Positions 28,738-38,669 of a stretch of DNA of 64,000 nt are shown here, piece after piece. A program made the position numbers and the translations under genes. Location of the stretch: NCBI GenBank assembly GCA_046758745.1, contig JBHIAV010000004.1, positions 41,641 through 105,640 of the forward strand. Reading direction: 5' to 3'. Under the pieces are notes generated by a model. It was not told the origin of the DNA. It was given only the letters and a program-made list of their open reading frames with translations, and did no database searches. Numbering within the stretch: the stretch's first letter is position 1; each line of letters begins with the position of its first letter. Source of the DNA: Gemmatimonadota bacterium. GTDB taxonomy: Bacteria > Gemmatimonadota > Gemmatimonadetes > Palauibacterales > Palauibacteraceae.

Positions 28738-29766
28738 TCACGCGGCCGCGCGGGATGGGAGACGCTCCGCCACGAACCGCGTCAGGTCCACGCAGCGCGA
28801 GGAGTAACCCCACTCGTTGTCGTACCAGGCGATCACCTTGACGAGACGACCGCCGATCACGTTGGTGGAAAGCCCGTCCACGATGGAGCTGGCGGGATTC
28901 CCGATGTAGTCGGTCGAGACGAGCGGATCCTCCGTGTAGGCCAGAATCCCGGCCAGCGCACCTTGTGCCCGTTCTCTGTACGTGGAGTTCAGCTCCTCGA
29001 TCGTGGTGTCTCGGGAGATGGTGGCCACGAGGTCCACGATCGACACGTCCGGCGTCGGCACGCGCATGGCCAGGCCGTCGATCTTCCCCTGAACAGCGGG
29101 GATGACGAGACCGGTGGCCCTGGCCGCCCCTGTGGTGGTTGGTATGATCGACATCGCCGCGGCTCGCGCGCGCCGCAGATCCTTGTGAGGCAGGTCGAGG
29201 ATCCGCTGGTCGTTCGTGTAGCTGTGGATCGTGGTCATCATGCCCTGCTCGAAGCCGAAGTCATCGGCCAGAACCTTCACCAGCGGAGCGACGCAGTTCG
29301 TGGTGCAGCTCGCGTTCGAGAGTATGTGGTGCGCCTCGGGATCGTAGGCGTCGGAGTTCACGCCGAGCACGATGGTCACATCCGGATTCTTGGCGGGAGC
29401 GGTGATCAGAACCTTGCGGGCACCGGCCGAGAGGTGCTTGCTGGCATCCGACCTGGCGGTGAACCGTCCGGTAGACTCGAGGACGATGTCCACCGCAAGC
29501 TCGGCCCACGGGAGGCTTGCCGGATCCGTCTCCGAGAGAACCAGAATGCGCTGCCCGTTTACCACGAGTGCGTCACGGTCGATCTCCACCTCGCCGGCGT
29601 ACCTTCCGTGCACGGAATCGTAGCGGAAGAGGTGCGCGAGGGTGGCCGCGTCCGTGATGTCGTTGACCGCGACGAACTCGAGATCACCCGTGCCTTCCGC
29701 GAGGGCGGAACGAAGGATGTTCCGTCCGATTCGCCCGAACCCGTTGATCGCGACTTTCACGGACAT
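28738..29766 (-). CDS. gap: Type I glyceraldehyde-3-phosphate dehydrogenase
   Basis: INGFGRIGR, ASCTTNC and WYDNEWGY motifs. Confidence 0.98.
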   Translation of the reverse strand: MSVKVAINGFGRIGRNILRSALAEGTGDLEFVAVNDITDAATLAHLFRYDSVHGRYAGEVEIDRDALVVNGQRILVLSETDPASLPWAELAVDIVLESTGRFTARSDASKHLSAGARKVLITAPAKNPDVTIVLGVNSDAYDPEAHHILSNASCTTNCVAPLVKVLADDFGFEQGMMTTIHSYTNDQRILDLPHKDLRRARAAAMSIIPTTTGAARATGLVIPAVQGKIDGLAMRVPTPDVSIVDLVATISRDTTIEELNSTYRERAQGALAGILAYTEDPLVSTDYIGNPASSIVDGLSTNVIGGRLVKVIAWYDNEWGYSSRCVDLTRFVAERLPSRAAA

Positions 29767-29792
29767 CTGTCACCTCGACTGCTCTGACGCCG

Positions 29793-30560
29793 CTATCTTT
29801 CGTCTTCGATTTCGATGCGCCGGATGGCGCGGGCGAAGCTTATCACGCCGGCGAACTCGAGACCAGCGGCTGAGATCGCCCGTGCACACGCGGCGGCGGT
29901 CGCGCCCGTAGTGATGACGTCGTCCACCAACAGGACCGGTCGTTCCCAGCCCCCGGCCCCAGGGAGGGCGGCGAAGAGGTCTCTCACGTTGTCGACCCGC
30001 CGCGACCGCCCGAGGCGCGCCTGCTGTCGCGCCGGCCGTCGGCGCCGCAGCAGCGCGGCCGCTGGCCATCCGGTCGCCGCCGACACGCCGGCGGCAAGGA
30101 GCTCCGCTTGGTTGAAGCCACGCTCGCGGAGCCGCGAGGGGGCGAGGGGAACGGGCACGAGAACGGCCTGCGGCTCGCCCCCCAGCCGCCGTGCCGCGTG
30201 CGCCATGCATCGGCCCATGAAAGGGGCGAGGGCCGTCCATCCCTCGTACTTGAGGGCGTGGACAAGGCGGAGAGCGAGCCCATCCATGCGGTACGGCGAA
30301 GCGGCCCGGACGAGAGACTCGGACCACGCCGCGCACTCCGTGCAGCCCCGCGCGAACAGGAGCGCCCCGTAGCGCGTCGCTCCGCAGCGGGCACAGTAGG
30401 GGGGACTCAAGGCCGGGAGACGGAGCCGGCACACCGAGCACACGGGAACGGCCCCTCCGTCCAGCCCGGCACCGCACCCGACGCATACGGGTGGGAAGAG
30501 GGTGTCGAAGGCGTGAAGTGCAACTCGACCCAGCCAGCGGACAGCGCTGCTATCCCGCAT
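29793..30560 (-). CDS. comF: ComF family protein (zinc ribbon plus PRTase-like domain)
   Basis: Four CxxC pairs with RGFNQA and LVDDVITTGAT motifs. Start is approximate. Confidence 0.88.
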   Translation of the reverse strand: MRDSSAVRWLGRVALHAFDTLFPPVCVGCGAGLDGGAVPVCSVCRLRLPALSPPYCARCGATRYGALLFARGCTECAAWSESLVRAASPYRMDGLALRLVHALKYEGWTALAPFMGRCMAHAARRLGGEPQAVLVPVPLAPSRLRERGFNQAELLAAGVSAATGWPAAALLRRRRPARQQARLGRSRRVDNVRDLFAALPGAGGWERPVLLVDDVITTGATAAACARAISAAGLEFAGVISFARAIRRIEIEDER

Positions 30561-30645
30561 CAGACGGGGTCGGCCGGGCATCACTGCGGCTCGGATGCTC
30601 ACCATCCCGAAGCTCCGGGCCGGGCATGGCCGGGGCACGCCGCCC

Positions 30646-31539
30646 TCACCGGGAATCCACTCCTCTGGGAGAACGGAGCGCCTGCTCCGTCGCCTCCCGC
30701 ATGGCCGGGAGGGGAGCTTCGATCCCGAGCCAGCGTTCGATGGCGAGCGCTGCCTGATGCACGAGCATTCCCCGGCCATCTTGCGCGGGGATCCCGAGCT
30801 CCCGGGCATGGTGCACCCAGCGCGTTCCGCCGGGCCGGTAGACGAGATCGAAGGCGGCTCCAGCCCTCACGCCGCCGAGATCGAGCGGAAGGGGGTCCTC
30901 CGACGACAGGCCGAGGCTCGTGGCGTTCACGACCAGTTCATACGTGACGTCCTCCAGCTGTTCGCGGGCAATCGGTCGAAGCAGCAACACCCGCGAGCCG
31001 AACTGCTCCACCAGCCTCCGAGCGCGGTCGGGTGAGCGATTCCACACGTCGATCCTCGCCGCACCGGCGCGCTCGCAGCCGATCAGCACGGCCCGAGCGG
31101 CTCCCCCCGCACCCAGCAGCAACACCCGGCCGCCGGCGAGGTCGCATCGCGGAGCTTCCGAGAGCGCGGCCAGAAAGCCCCCGACGTCCGTGTTGTCTCC
31201 GGCGAGCCGGCCCCGCGCATCCAGCCAGAAGCAGTTGCAGGCCCCGGAAGCCGAGACGTCCTCGCTCCGCCACTCCAGCAGCGTGGCGGCCGCTGCTTTG
31301 TGAGGCAGCGTCACGTTGCCCCCCCCACTCGCCGCCAGGCTGCGCATCGCGCCCGGCAGCTCCTCCTCCGCCACCCGGAGCGTCACGTACTCCGCCTGGA
31401 CGCCGAGGACACGGAACGCCGCCGCGTAGATCGCGGGCGAGATGGAGTGGGAGACGGGATCTCCGAGAAGACCGTACCGACGCCTTGGCCCCGCCACGCT
31501 GGCGAACTCCCCTCCCCCCTCGCGCTCAGCCGCGCTCAT
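30646..31539 (-). CDS. aroE: Shikimate dehydrogenase
   Basis: HSISP, NVTLPHK, DNTD, GAGGAARA, NATSLG and MLVHQA motifs. Start trimmed to ATG 31539. Confidence 0.92.
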   Translation of the reverse strand: MSAAEREGGGEFASVAGPRRRYGLLGDPVSHSISPAIYAAAFRVLGVQAEYVTLRVAEEELPGAMRSLAASGGGNVTLPHKAAAATLLEWRSEDVSASGACNCFWLDARGRLAGDNTDVGGFLAALSEAPRCDLAGGRVLLLGAGGAARAVLIGCERAGAARIDVWNRSPDRARRLVEQFGSRVLLLRPIAREQLEDVTYELVVNATSLGLSSEDPLPLDLGGVRAGAAFDLVYRPGGTRWVHHARELGIPAQDGRGMLVHQAALAIERWLGIEAPLPAMREATEQALRSPRGVDSR

Positions 31540-31579
31540 CGCCTCCCCCTTCCCCTCCCGCCTCAGACGACCCTCGGGC

Positions 31580-32098
31580 TCAGCCCCCCTCAGATCGCCC
31601 TCCCTCCCGCGCGCGGGGGAGACCGCCGGCCCCCAGCCGGTCGAACAGGCCCTGCACACACTCGGTGAGGAGGTCGAAGGTCCGCTCGTAGACCGCGCGT
31701 TCGCCGCCGATCGGGTCCGGCACGGGTCGTCCGCGCTCGGGATGGTCCGGAGCGAGGTAGTCCGTCGCCAGCGCGGCGGCCGCACCGGAGTCGAGCGAGA
31801 GCGCGGCCTGCAGGTGGCCAGGGGACATGCCGACAACCAGATCGGCCCACCCCACCCCCGCTGCGGTCAACGGCCGGGAGCGGTGTTCAGCAACATCGAC
31901 GCCACGCTCCTGCGCCACCAGCTCGGCGGTTCTCGACGCCGCGTAGCCGGCTCCGGCGAGCGTTCCGGCTGACCGTACCTCGAGATGGTGCCAGCCACGC
32001 CTTTTCGCCTCCGTGAGGGCGATCCACTCTGCCAGCGGGCTGCGGCAGGTGTTGCCGGTGCACACGAAGAGGATGCGCACCGGCCGGCCTCCGCTCAC
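31580..32098 (-). CDS. Low-molecular-weight protein phosphatase (YwlE-like, probably protein-arginine phosphatase)
   Basis: P-loop CTGNTCRSP and DPIG motif. Confidence 0.88.
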   Translation of the reverse strand: MSGGRPVRILFVCTGNTCRSPLAEWIALTEAKRRGWHHLEVRSAGTLAGAGYAASRTAELVAQERGVDVAEHRSRPLTAAGVGWADLVVGMSPGHLQAALSLDSGAAAALATDYLAPDHPERGRPVPDPIGGERAVYERTFDLLTECVQGLFDRLGAGGLPRAREGGRSEGG

Positions 32099-32739
32099 CC
32101 TACGATCCCCTCCCCCAGAACTTCCTGGAGCCGCCCCGAAGGCACCGCCCCCTCACGCAGCAGCCGCGGCGCACCCCCCCGGAGGGAAACCACCGTAGAG
32201 GGCGGAGGACCGGGAAGGCCCCCCGCGTCGAGCAGGAGCGCACCCCTCCTCGATGTCGGGAAGGCCGCCAAGATCCGGCGTGCCTCTTCCGGGTCACGCG
32301 CGGGCGGCTCCGCTGTCCGGTTCAGGCTCGTCGAGCTCATCAACCTTCCCCACTCCGCGAGGATCCCTCGCATCAGCGGATGGGCTTCCACGCGCACCGC
32401 GAATCCGGACTCGCTCCCGTCATCGAGGACCAGGGTGAGCGGTCCCGGCCACAACGCTTCGGCCAACCGGGCCGCCGCCTCATCCCATCGGGCGGCCGGC
32501 CACAGGCGGCGGGCTGCCGCTTCATCCGCCGCGAGCCGAAGGAGCGGCCGCCCGATCGTGCGTCCCTTGAGCCGGGCGATCTCCGCATCGGTCTCCGCGT
32601 CCGCCGGACCTCCGAGGCCATACACCGTCGCCGTGGGGTGGGCCAGCAGCCCTCCCCGCCGAAGCATCTCCACGGCGGCGCGCACGGCCGTCCCGCGCTT
32701 CGTCCGGACGCCCGATCCCCTCACCTCCTCGAACCTCAT
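32095..32739 (-). CDS. tsaC: L-threonylcarbamoyladenylate synthase TsaC/YrdC-like protein (divergent)
   Basis: PTATVYGL, LKGR, WPGPLTLVL, STSLN, PSTVV and LREGAV motifs. Confidence 0.82.
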   Translation of the reverse strand: MRFEEVRGSGVRTKRGTAVRAAVEMLRRGGLLAHPTATVYGLGGPADAETDAEIARLKGRTIGRPLLRLAADEAAARRLWPAARWDEAAARLAEALWPGPLTLVLDDGSESGFAVRVEAHPLMRGILAEWGRLMSSTSLNRTAEPPARDPEEARRILAAFPTSRRGALLLDAGGLPGPPPSTVVSLRGGAPRLLREGAVPSGRLQEVLGEGIVG

Positions 32740-33419
32740 CAACCCCGCGTCAGCCGGCCGGCGCGAAGGAGCCACTCCGCAAACGCCAGGTCTTCCGGAG
32801 TGGTGATCTTGAGGTTGTGGGGGTCACCTCCCACCGCGCATACGGGCTCGCCGCGCGCCTCGCACAGGGCCGCGTCGTCCGGGGCATCTTCATTCTCCCG
32901 CTCTGCCTCTCGGTGGACCCGCCGCAGCAGACCGGCGGGGAATCCCTGCGGAGTCTGAGCCCGCGCGAGCCCATCGCGCGCCAGGGTGCGGATCACCCGG
33001 CCGCCCCCTACCTCCTTCAGCGCGTCCGCCACGGGGATCACCGGCACGACCGCTCCATGGGCCGCCGCTTCCCACACCCGCTCGATGAGCGCCGACGAGA
33101 CGAACGGCCGGACCCCATCGTGCACGAGGATCCGCTCGACTCCTCGATCGACCGCCGCGATGCCGCGGCCCACCGACTCGCGGCGGCTCTCCCCACCCTC
33201 GACCACGTGGTCGGCCAGCTCTCCCAGCCATTCCGGGGGCTCCGCCGCCACGTGTGCAGCCACCACGACGATGACCTGCTGGATCCGGGGATGCTTGCGA
33301 AACGCCGCGCACGCCCAGTCCAGCACCGGACGCCCACCCAGCTCCCGAAACTGCTTCGGGAGGCCCTCCCCGAACCGTGTCCCCGACCCGGCCGCCACGA
33401 TGACCGCGGCGGAGCTCAT
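32739..33419 (-). CDS. ispD: 2-C-methyl-D-erythritol 4-phosphate cytidylyltransferase
   Basis: AAGSGTRF...PKQF, VHDGVRP, QTPQGF and KITTPED motifs. Confidence 0.94.
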   Translation of the reverse strand: MSSAAVIVAAGSGTRFGEGLPKQFRELGGRPVLDWACAAFRKHPRIQQVIVVVAAHVAAEPPEWLGELADHVVEGGESRRESVGRGIAAVDRGVERILVHDGVRPFVSSALIERVWEAAAHGAVVPVIPVADALKEVGGGRVIRTLARDGLARAQTPQGFPAGLLRRVHREAERENEDAPDDAALCEARGEPVCAVGGDPHNLKITTPEDLAFAEWLLRAGRLTRG

Positions 33420-34786
33420 CCTTCCTCGAGCAGGTCCAGCACCTCACGGACGTGAGCGATGAAATGGGCCCCGGCCTCCGACCGGAGCGCTTCCCGCGAA
33501 GCGACGGGCAGAACTGCGCCCTCCAGTCCAGCACGGAGGGCCGTCCGGAAGCGCTCCTCTCCGTTGGCCACGGCCTTCACCTCCCCACCGAGCCCGACCT
33601 CTCCAATGAAGGCGAGGCCGGGGGGAGTGGGACGGTCCAGCTCCGCAGACACCAGGGCGGCCGCCACCGCGAGGTCCGCGGCGGGGTCGACCAGGCGGAG
33701 CCCGCCTACCACGTTGAGGAAGACGTCGCGCCCTCCGAGGTCGAGCCGCGCCCGACGTTCGAGCACTGCGAGGAGAACCGCGAGTCGCCTCGGGGCGAAG
33801 CCAGTCGCCACCCGCTGGGGGGCGCTGAACCGGGCCCGGGAGGTGAGCGCCTGCACCTCGGCCACCAGAGGCCGCGTTCCCTGTAGCGGCACCGCGATGG
33901 CGGAGCCGCTCACCTCCGGCGAGCGGTCGGTGAGAAAGAGGCCGGAGGGGTCGAGCACGGGCTCGAGGCCCGTCCCGGTCATCCGGAAGACGGCCACCTC
34001 CTCTACGCTTCCAAACCGGTTCTTCGTGGCTCGCAGCACCCGGCATTCGAGCGAGCGCTGGCCCTCGAAATGAAGGACGACGTCGACCAGGTGCTCGAGG
34101 GCGCGAGGTCCTGCGAGCGCTCCTCCCTTGGTGACGTGACCGACGAGGAACGTAGCCGTACCCGATCGCTTTGCGTACTCTTGGAGCCCCGCCGCGCACT
34201 CGCGCACCTGAGCCACGCTGCCGGGGCCGGAGGGGAGTCGGCCCGAGACCAGTGTCTGGACCGAGTCGACGCAGAGCAACTCGGGTCCGACCTCCTCCGC
34301 CGCCGCCACGATCTCCTCCACTCCGGTCGCAGCGAGGAAGGTGACCTCGACCGCGGCTCCGCCGAGTCGGCTCGCGCGCACGGCCACCTGTCCCCGAGAC
34401 TCCTCACCGGAGACATACAGGACCGAGCCTCCACGCTCCCGCACCCCGGCCGCCGCGTGCAGGAGGAGGGTCGACTTTCCGATCCCGGGCATCCCGCCGA
34501 GGAGGAGGACCGACCCGGGCACCAGACCTCCGCCCAGCACGCGGTCGAGCTCCCCATAGCCGACGGGCCGCCGGGCCGCGGCAGAGGCGGAGGAGAGAGG
34601 GGCCGGCGCGTCCAACGGACGCACCGGCCCACGTGCGTCCGCCGCCGGCCCCCGGCCCCGGTGTCCCTCGACACGGGGGGTCTCGACGAGGGAGTTCCAC
34701 TCCCCGCACGTCGGGCACCGACCCTCCCAGCGGAGGCTCTCCCCGCCGCAGGTCGTACAGAAGAAAACTGTTCGGGCTACCGCCAT
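33416..34786 (-). CDS. radA: DNA repair protein RadA/Sms
   Basis: Zinc finger CxxC...CxxC, GxPGIGKS and KNRFG motifs. Confidence 0.96.
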   Translation of the reverse strand: MAVARTVFFCTTCGGESLRWEGRCPTCGEWNSLVETPRVEGHRGRGPAADARGPVRPLDAPAPLSSASAAARRPVGYGELDRVLGGGLVPGSVLLLGGMPGIGKSTLLLHAAAGVRERGGSVLYVSGEESRGQVAVRASRLGGAAVEVTFLAATGVEEIVAAAEEVGPELLCVDSVQTLVSGRLPSGPGSVAQVRECAAGLQEYAKRSGTATFLVGHVTKGGALAGPRALEHLVDVVLHFEGQRSLECRVLRATKNRFGSVEEVAVFRMTGTGLEPVLDPSGLFLTDRSPEVSGSAIAVPLQGTRPLVAEVQALTSRARFSAPQRVATGFAPRRLAVLLAVLERRARLDLGGRDVFLNVVGGLRLVDPAADLAVAAALVSAELDRPTPPGLAFIGEVGLGGEVKAVANGEERFRTALRAGLEGAVLPVASREALRSEAGAHFIAHVREVLDLLEEG

Positions 34787-34844
34787 ATCCGCGCGTTCCG
34801 GGCGGGGCGCCCAACGCCCCGACGTACTCTATGACCCTTCGGCT

Positions 34845-36284
34845 TCAACCCGGGATCAACCCGGCGCCGCGGCCGGCTCGCCCGGCGCCGACCAGCGGCC
34901 CGGGCTGTGGGCGGTCGTCCTGCTCGAAGAGGGTGTACTGCTTGTGGAAGTACAGGGGAACGGAGCCGGTGGGGCCGTTTCGCTGCTTGCCTACGATGAG
35001 CTCCGCGCGGCCTTCGATGGACTCTCCCATTTCGTCGACGGTCTCCTTCCGGTACACCTCCTCCCGGTAGACGAACAGCACGAGGTCCGCGTCCTGCTCG
35101 ATCGCCCCCGACTCGCGCAGGTCGGCGAGGACCGGACGGTGGTCGGTTCGCTGCTCCGGAGCACGCGAAAGTTGTGAGAGGGCGATGAGCGGCACTCCGA
35201 GCTCCTTGGCCACGGCCTTCAGCGCCCGAGATATGGCGCTGATCTCCTGCTGGCGGTTCTCCGCCTCGCGCGGGCCGATCATCAGCTGCAGGTAGTCGAC
35301 GACGATCAGCCCCAGCTCTACCTCGGCGGCCAGGCGTCTCGCCTTTGCCCGCACCTCGAGTGCCGATATGGCGGGCGTGTCATCGATCCAGATCGGAGCC
35401 GTGTTCAGATGCCCCGCCGCCGTCGCCAGGCGGGCGTATTCGTCGTCCTGGAGCCTTCCCCTTCGAAGGTGGCCGGAGTCGACCCGCCCCTCGGCACACA
35501 GCAGCCGCTGCACGAGCGACTCCTTGGCCATCTCGAGCGAGAAGATGGCCACGGGGATCTCGTGCTCGATCGCCGCGTGCTGCGCGAAGTTCAGGGCCAG
35601 CGCCGTCTTCCCCATCGAGGGGCGACCCGCCACGACGATGAGGTCCGACGACTGGAACCCCGCCGTCAGCTCGTCCAGTCGGGGGAAGCCGGTCGGAACC
35701 CCCGTCACCGCGCCCGGGGTCCGCTGCAGCTCTTCGATCCGTTCGAAGGCCGGCCATAGGATCTCCTTGATCCATACGAAGCCAGCCCGCTGCGACGCTT
35801 GCGCGATCTGGAAGATCCGCTGCTCCGCCCGGTCGAGGGCCTCCTCCACCTCGCCGGCCGGAGCCTGGTAGGCATCCTGGATGATGTCGGTCGCGGACTC
35901 GATCAGGCGCCGAAGAAGGGCCTTGTCCCGCAGGATCCGGCAGTGGTACTCGACGTTCGCGCCGGTCGGCACCGCGTCAACGAGCTGCGCGAGGTATGAC
36001 ATCCCGCCCGCGCTCTCCAGCTCCCCGGCCGACTTCAGGTCGTCCGACAGGGTGACCGCGTCGATGACCTCTCCACGGGAGTACAGCCGCATCATCGCTT
36101 GGAAGACCCGTCGGTTGGCCGGCCGATAGAACGCGGTCTCGTCCACGACCTCCACCGCGCGGGCCACCGCATCGCCATCGATCAACATGGCGGAGAGAAC
36201 GGAGATCTCGGCCTCCTCCGACCACGGGGCCTGGCGACCGGCGAACGGCTCACTCCCGCGGACGGCCACCGTAGCGTCGGCCAT
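34845..36284 (-). CDS. dnaB: Replicative DNA helicase
   Basis: GRPSMGKT, VDYLQL, LSQLSR, LRESGAIEQDAD and KQRNGPTG motifs. Start ATG 36284 overlaps the udg stop. Confidence 0.96.
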   Translation of the reverse strand: MADATVAVRGSEPFAGRQAPWSEEAEISVLSAMLIDGDAVARAVEVVDETAFYRPANRRVFQAMMRLYSRGEVIDAVTLSDDLKSAGELESAGGMSYLAQLVDAVPTGANVEYHCRILRDKALLRRLIESATDIIQDAYQAPAGEVEEALDRAEQRIFQIAQASQRAGFVWIKEILWPAFERIEELQRTPGAVTGVPTGFPRLDELTAGFQSSDLIVVAGRPSMGKTALALNFAQHAAIEHEIPVAIFSLEMAKESLVQRLLCAEGRVDSGHLRRGRLQDDEYARLATAAGHLNTAPIWIDDTPAISALEVRAKARRLAAEVELGLIVVDYLQLMIGPREAENRQQEISAISRALKAVAKELGVPLIALSQLSRAPEQRTDHRPVLADLRESGAIEQDADLVLFVYREEVYRKETVDEMGESIEGRAELIVGKQRNGPTGSVPLYFHKQYTLFEQDDRPQPGPLVGAGRAGRGAGLIPG

Positions 36285-37258
36285 CAGAGGCCGAGGCCGA
36301 GCTCTAGCGCCCGGCCCGAGGCGGGGGAGACGCTCTCCCCATCCGCGATGCGGCGCACCAGCTGAAGGTCCTCCCACGTCGGACGAGTCCATCCCGGGTT
36401 CCGCAGCAGGGCGGCCGGATGGTACGTGACGACAAGCGGCACTCCCCGGTAGACGTGGGTTCGTCCGCGAAGGCGGCCGATCGACTCCCGCGTGCCGATC
36501 AACGTCTGAGCGGCGAAGCTCCCGAAGGCCACGATCACCTCCGGACGCACCAGCTCCACCTGCCGCAGAAGGAAGGGCGAGCAGCGCTCGATCTCGTCGG
36601 CGCTCGGGTTGCGGTTGGCCGGCGGGCGACACTTCAGCACGTTGCAGATGTACACTTCCTCGCGACGGAAACCTACCGCGAGAAGCAGCCTGTCCATGAG
36701 CTTGCCGGCGCGGCCCACGAACGGCAGCCCTGTCTCGTCCTCCACGGCGCCCGGCGCCTCGCCGATGCACATCACGCGCGCTCCCTCGCTCCCGTCCGCG
36801 AAGACGACATGCGCCCGCATCTCGTGCAGGGCGCAGCGAGTGCAGCGTAGAGCCACGGCGCGCACCGTCGCGAGGTCGCCGAGGGCGGCGATCTCATCTC
36901 CTCTCGCCTCGCGGGCCAGCCGAGCAAGCTGGGCCTCACCGATGGAGATCGGCACCTCCGGCTCGCTCTTCGGCGTCCGCTTTCCTCGAGCCGCCGAGGC
37001 TCGACCCTCCGTACTCCTCGGCGTCCGGGTCGAGGACGGCTCCTCCGGGCCGCCCTCCACCGCCGTCGCCCTCGCCCTCACCCCTTCGTCCCCGAGCGGG
37101 CCGGCCTCGCCTCTCGGTCCGGGGAAGCCGCCGGCAGCGATTTCGCGCAGCCGGCCTACAGCCTCCGCCCGACCTCCCGGGACGAGAAAGAGCTCCGGAT
37201 CGCCGAGCGAAATCCGCGTCAGCAGATAGCGGCGAACGAGCTCGCGTGGATCAGCCAC
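36284..37258 (-). CDS. Uracil-DNA glycosylase family 4
   Basis: CTRC, GEAPG...E...PFVG, KCRPPANR and YHPAALLR motifs, with a low-complexity N-terminal extension. Confidence 0.93.
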   Translation of the reverse strand: MADPRELVRRYLLTRISLGDPELFLVPGGRAEAVGRLREIAAGGFPGPRGEAGPLGDEGVRARATAVEGGPEEPSSTRTPRSTEGRASAARGKRTPKSEPEVPISIGEAQLARLAREARGDEIAALGDLATVRAVALRCTRCALHEMRAHVVFADGSEGARVMCIGEAPGAVEDETGLPFVGRAGKLMDRLLLAVGFRREEVYICNVLKCRPPANRNPSADEIERCSPFLLRQVELVRPEVIVAFGSFAAQTLIGTRESIGRLRGRTHVYRGVPLVVTYHPAALLRNPGWTRPTWEDLQLVRRIADGESVSPASGRALELGLGL

Positions 37259-38450
37259 CGATCCGCTCTTCCACCCTGTCGAGCAGGCGATCGGCCACCT
37301 CGGACTTGGGGAGCAGAGGGAACTCCTCGATCTCCCCGGACCGGCCGACCAGGGTCACCCGGTTCGTGGGCGAGTCGAATGCCGATTCCTCGCCTTCCGC
37401 CTGGTTCACGGCGACGAGATCCATCCCCTTCGATTCCAGCTTCCGGCGGGCGTTGGCCACCGCGTCCTCCGTCTCGAGGGCGAAGCCGAGCGTGAAGACG
37501 CCTCGTCGCTCCCGCAGCTCTCGCGTCTCGGTCAGCAGGTCCGGTCCCCTCACCAGATGCAGCTCCATCCGACCCGTCCCTTCCTTCTTGATCTTGCTCG
37601 GTCGGTGCTCCGCGGGACCGAAATCCGCCACGGCGGCCGCCATCAGAAGCACCGACGCGGCTTCCAGCTCGCGCCGGAGGGCCACGAGCATGGCTTCGCT
37701 CTCCTCCACCGGCACGACCCGCGGCCCGTAGGGCGTCGGAACGGAGCCCGGCCCGGTGATGAGAACGGTGTCGGCGCCGCGGCGCCACGCCGAGGCCGCC
37801 AGCTCATAGCCCATCCGACCCGACGAGCGATTCCCGAGAAAGCGGACGGGATCGATCTCGGCCCTCGTCGGACCCGCCGTCACCACGACCGTCCTCCCGG
37901 CCAGCCGCGAGGGACGCTCGAGAAGGCGCCCGATCTCCGCCAAGATCGCTTCCGGCTCGATCATCCGCCCTTCGCCGATCTCGCCTTCGGCCAGCTCCCC
38001 CTCCTCGGGGCCCGCGAAGTGAACCCCGTACTCCCCGAGGGTCCTTCGATTGGCCTGCGTCGCGGGGTGCTCCCACATCCGCACGTTCATCGCCGGGCAG
38101 ACCAGGAGCGGGCACGCTGTCGCGAGGAGTGTAGCGGTGGCCATGTCATCCGCTAGCCCGTGCGCCATCCGCGCCAGGATGTCCGCCGTAGCCGGCGCGA
38201 CGACGGCGAGGTCCGCCTCCCGGCCGAGCTCTATGTGCGCCAGGGAACGTTCCCACAGATTCAGATGAACCGGCCGACCCGAGAGCGCTTCGAAGGTCGC
38301 CGCTCCCACGAAGCGTTTGCCGGATCGCGTCAACACGACATCAACCTGGGCACCGGCCCGACGAAGCCCGCGCACCAGAATCGCGCTCTTGTACGCCGCG
38401 ATGCCGCCGGAGACGACCAGCAGCACCCGGCGGCCGTCGAACGGCCGCAC
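37251..38450 (-). CDS. coaBC: Phosphopantothenoylcysteine decarboxylase/synthase
   Basis: GGIAAYK, PAMNVRM, IDPVRFLGNRSSGRMG and GFALET motifs. Confidence 0.96.
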   Translation of the reverse strand: MRPFDGRRVLLVVSGGIAAYKSAILVRGLRRAGAQVDVVLTRSGKRFVGAATFEALSGRPVHLNLWERSLAHIELGREADLAVVAPATADILARMAHGLADDMATATLLATACPLLVCPAMNVRMWEHPATQANRRTLGEYGVHFAGPEEGELAEGEIGEGRMIEPEAILAEIGRLLERPSRLAGRTVVVTAGPTRAEIDPVRFLGNRSSGRMGYELAASAWRRGADTVLITGPGSVPTPYGPRVVPVEESEAMLVALRRELEAASVLLMAAAVADFGPAEHRPSKIKKEGTGRMELHLVRGPDLLTETRELRERRGVFTLGFALETEDAVANARRKLESKGMDLVAVNQAEGEESAFDSPTNRVTLVGRSGEIEEFPLLPKSEVADRLLDRVEERIGG

Positions 38451-38669
38451 TCAGCCGGTCATGGAGCGGCGCTTCTTCACCAGGCGGTACTCGAGCTTGC
38501 TCGACGTGAGCGCGCTCAGGGCGATCGTCGTCAGCTTCTCGGGCCCATACGGCGACCGCTCGAGCGGAAGCGCGTTCAGTTCTCGGGCGTACTTCGCGGA
38601 GACCAGCACGCCCAGGTACTTGTCGCCCGCCGTGACCGCCACCTCCTCCGGCGTGAACAGTTTCATCAC
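38451..38669 (-). CDS. rpoZ: RNA polymerase omega subunit
   Basis: 72 aa with KY...AKYAREL; position in the conserved gmk-rpoZ-coaBC order. Confidence 0.82.
   Translation of the reverse strand: MMKLFTPEEVAVTAGDKYLGVLVSAKYARELNALPLERSPYGPEKLTTIALSALTSSKLEYRLVKKRRSMTG

Noticed and set aside
34845..36770. DnaB ORF with a long N-terminal extension or intein
   Set aside because: The extension is overlap with udg in another frame. The 479-aa DnaB is contiguous and has no intein motifs.
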